Shown here one piece after another: positions 63,898 to 64,000 of a DNA stretch of 64,000 bases. The stretch is from positions 2,848,001-2,912,000 of the forward strand of contig OZ240219.1 in assembly GCA_965197645.1 (NCBI GenBank). Reading direction: 5' to 3'. Position numbers and translations under genes: made by a program. The first letter of the stretch is position 1, and every line of letters starts with the position of its first letter. The notes under the pieces are model-generated. The model was not told where the DNA came from and did no database searches. It saw only the letters and a program-made list of their open reading frames with translations. The DNA comes from Dehalococcoidia bacterium (GTDB taxonomy: Bacteria; Chloroflexota; Dehalococcoidia; Plut-88900).

Positions 63898-64000
63898 AGA
63901 TCCTTTGTATCGATAATGTCTGGGCTCATCAGTTCATAGCTTAGCACATCCCCTGAGCGACATTGGGCCCGTTAGTGATATGATCCGGAAGCGATAGGAA

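Overview
GC-rich bacterial chromosome segment. It most likely comes from a Chloroflexota (Dehalococcoidia/SAR202-like) organism; this is inferred from the short EF-Ts, the GAAC-N4-GTTC LexA box, LLM/F420-type oxidoreductases and tandem oxidoreductase paralogs. Most of the window is housekeeping (purL/purQ, rpsU-yqeY, sufBCDSU, fumC, ribF-tyrS, ligA-pth, rplY, lexA, trpA-aroH-aroF, rpsB-tsf-pyrH-frr-uppS-cdsA-dxr-rseP-ispG, proS). Two signals that the ORF track misses stand out. (1) Four genes carry an in-frame TGA at a catalytic Cys/Sec position, each followed by a hairpin with a 3-nt loop at +19 to +22. They are a GrdB-like reductase subunit, a DsrE-like protein, and two of three tandem 361-aa Zn-dependent alcohol dehydrogenase paralogs, where the TGA replaces the catalytic-zinc Cys (GV-U-HS); the middle paralog keeps Cys. 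(2) A complete 2574-bp IS1595-family element (24-bp TIRs, 8-bp target duplication) carries a non-canonical tRNA-Sec-like 9/3 'allo-tRNA' with a UAA anticodon and G discriminator. The tRNA is preceded by a structured RNA and followed by two passenger genes. Also seen: two unannotated tandem desulforedoxin-like mini-genes, a decayed duplication of the purQ 5' end that forms a coupled leader ORF, and a dispersed intergenic repeat family. No CRISPR array or rRNA was found. All calls come from reading the sequence by eye; no searches were run.
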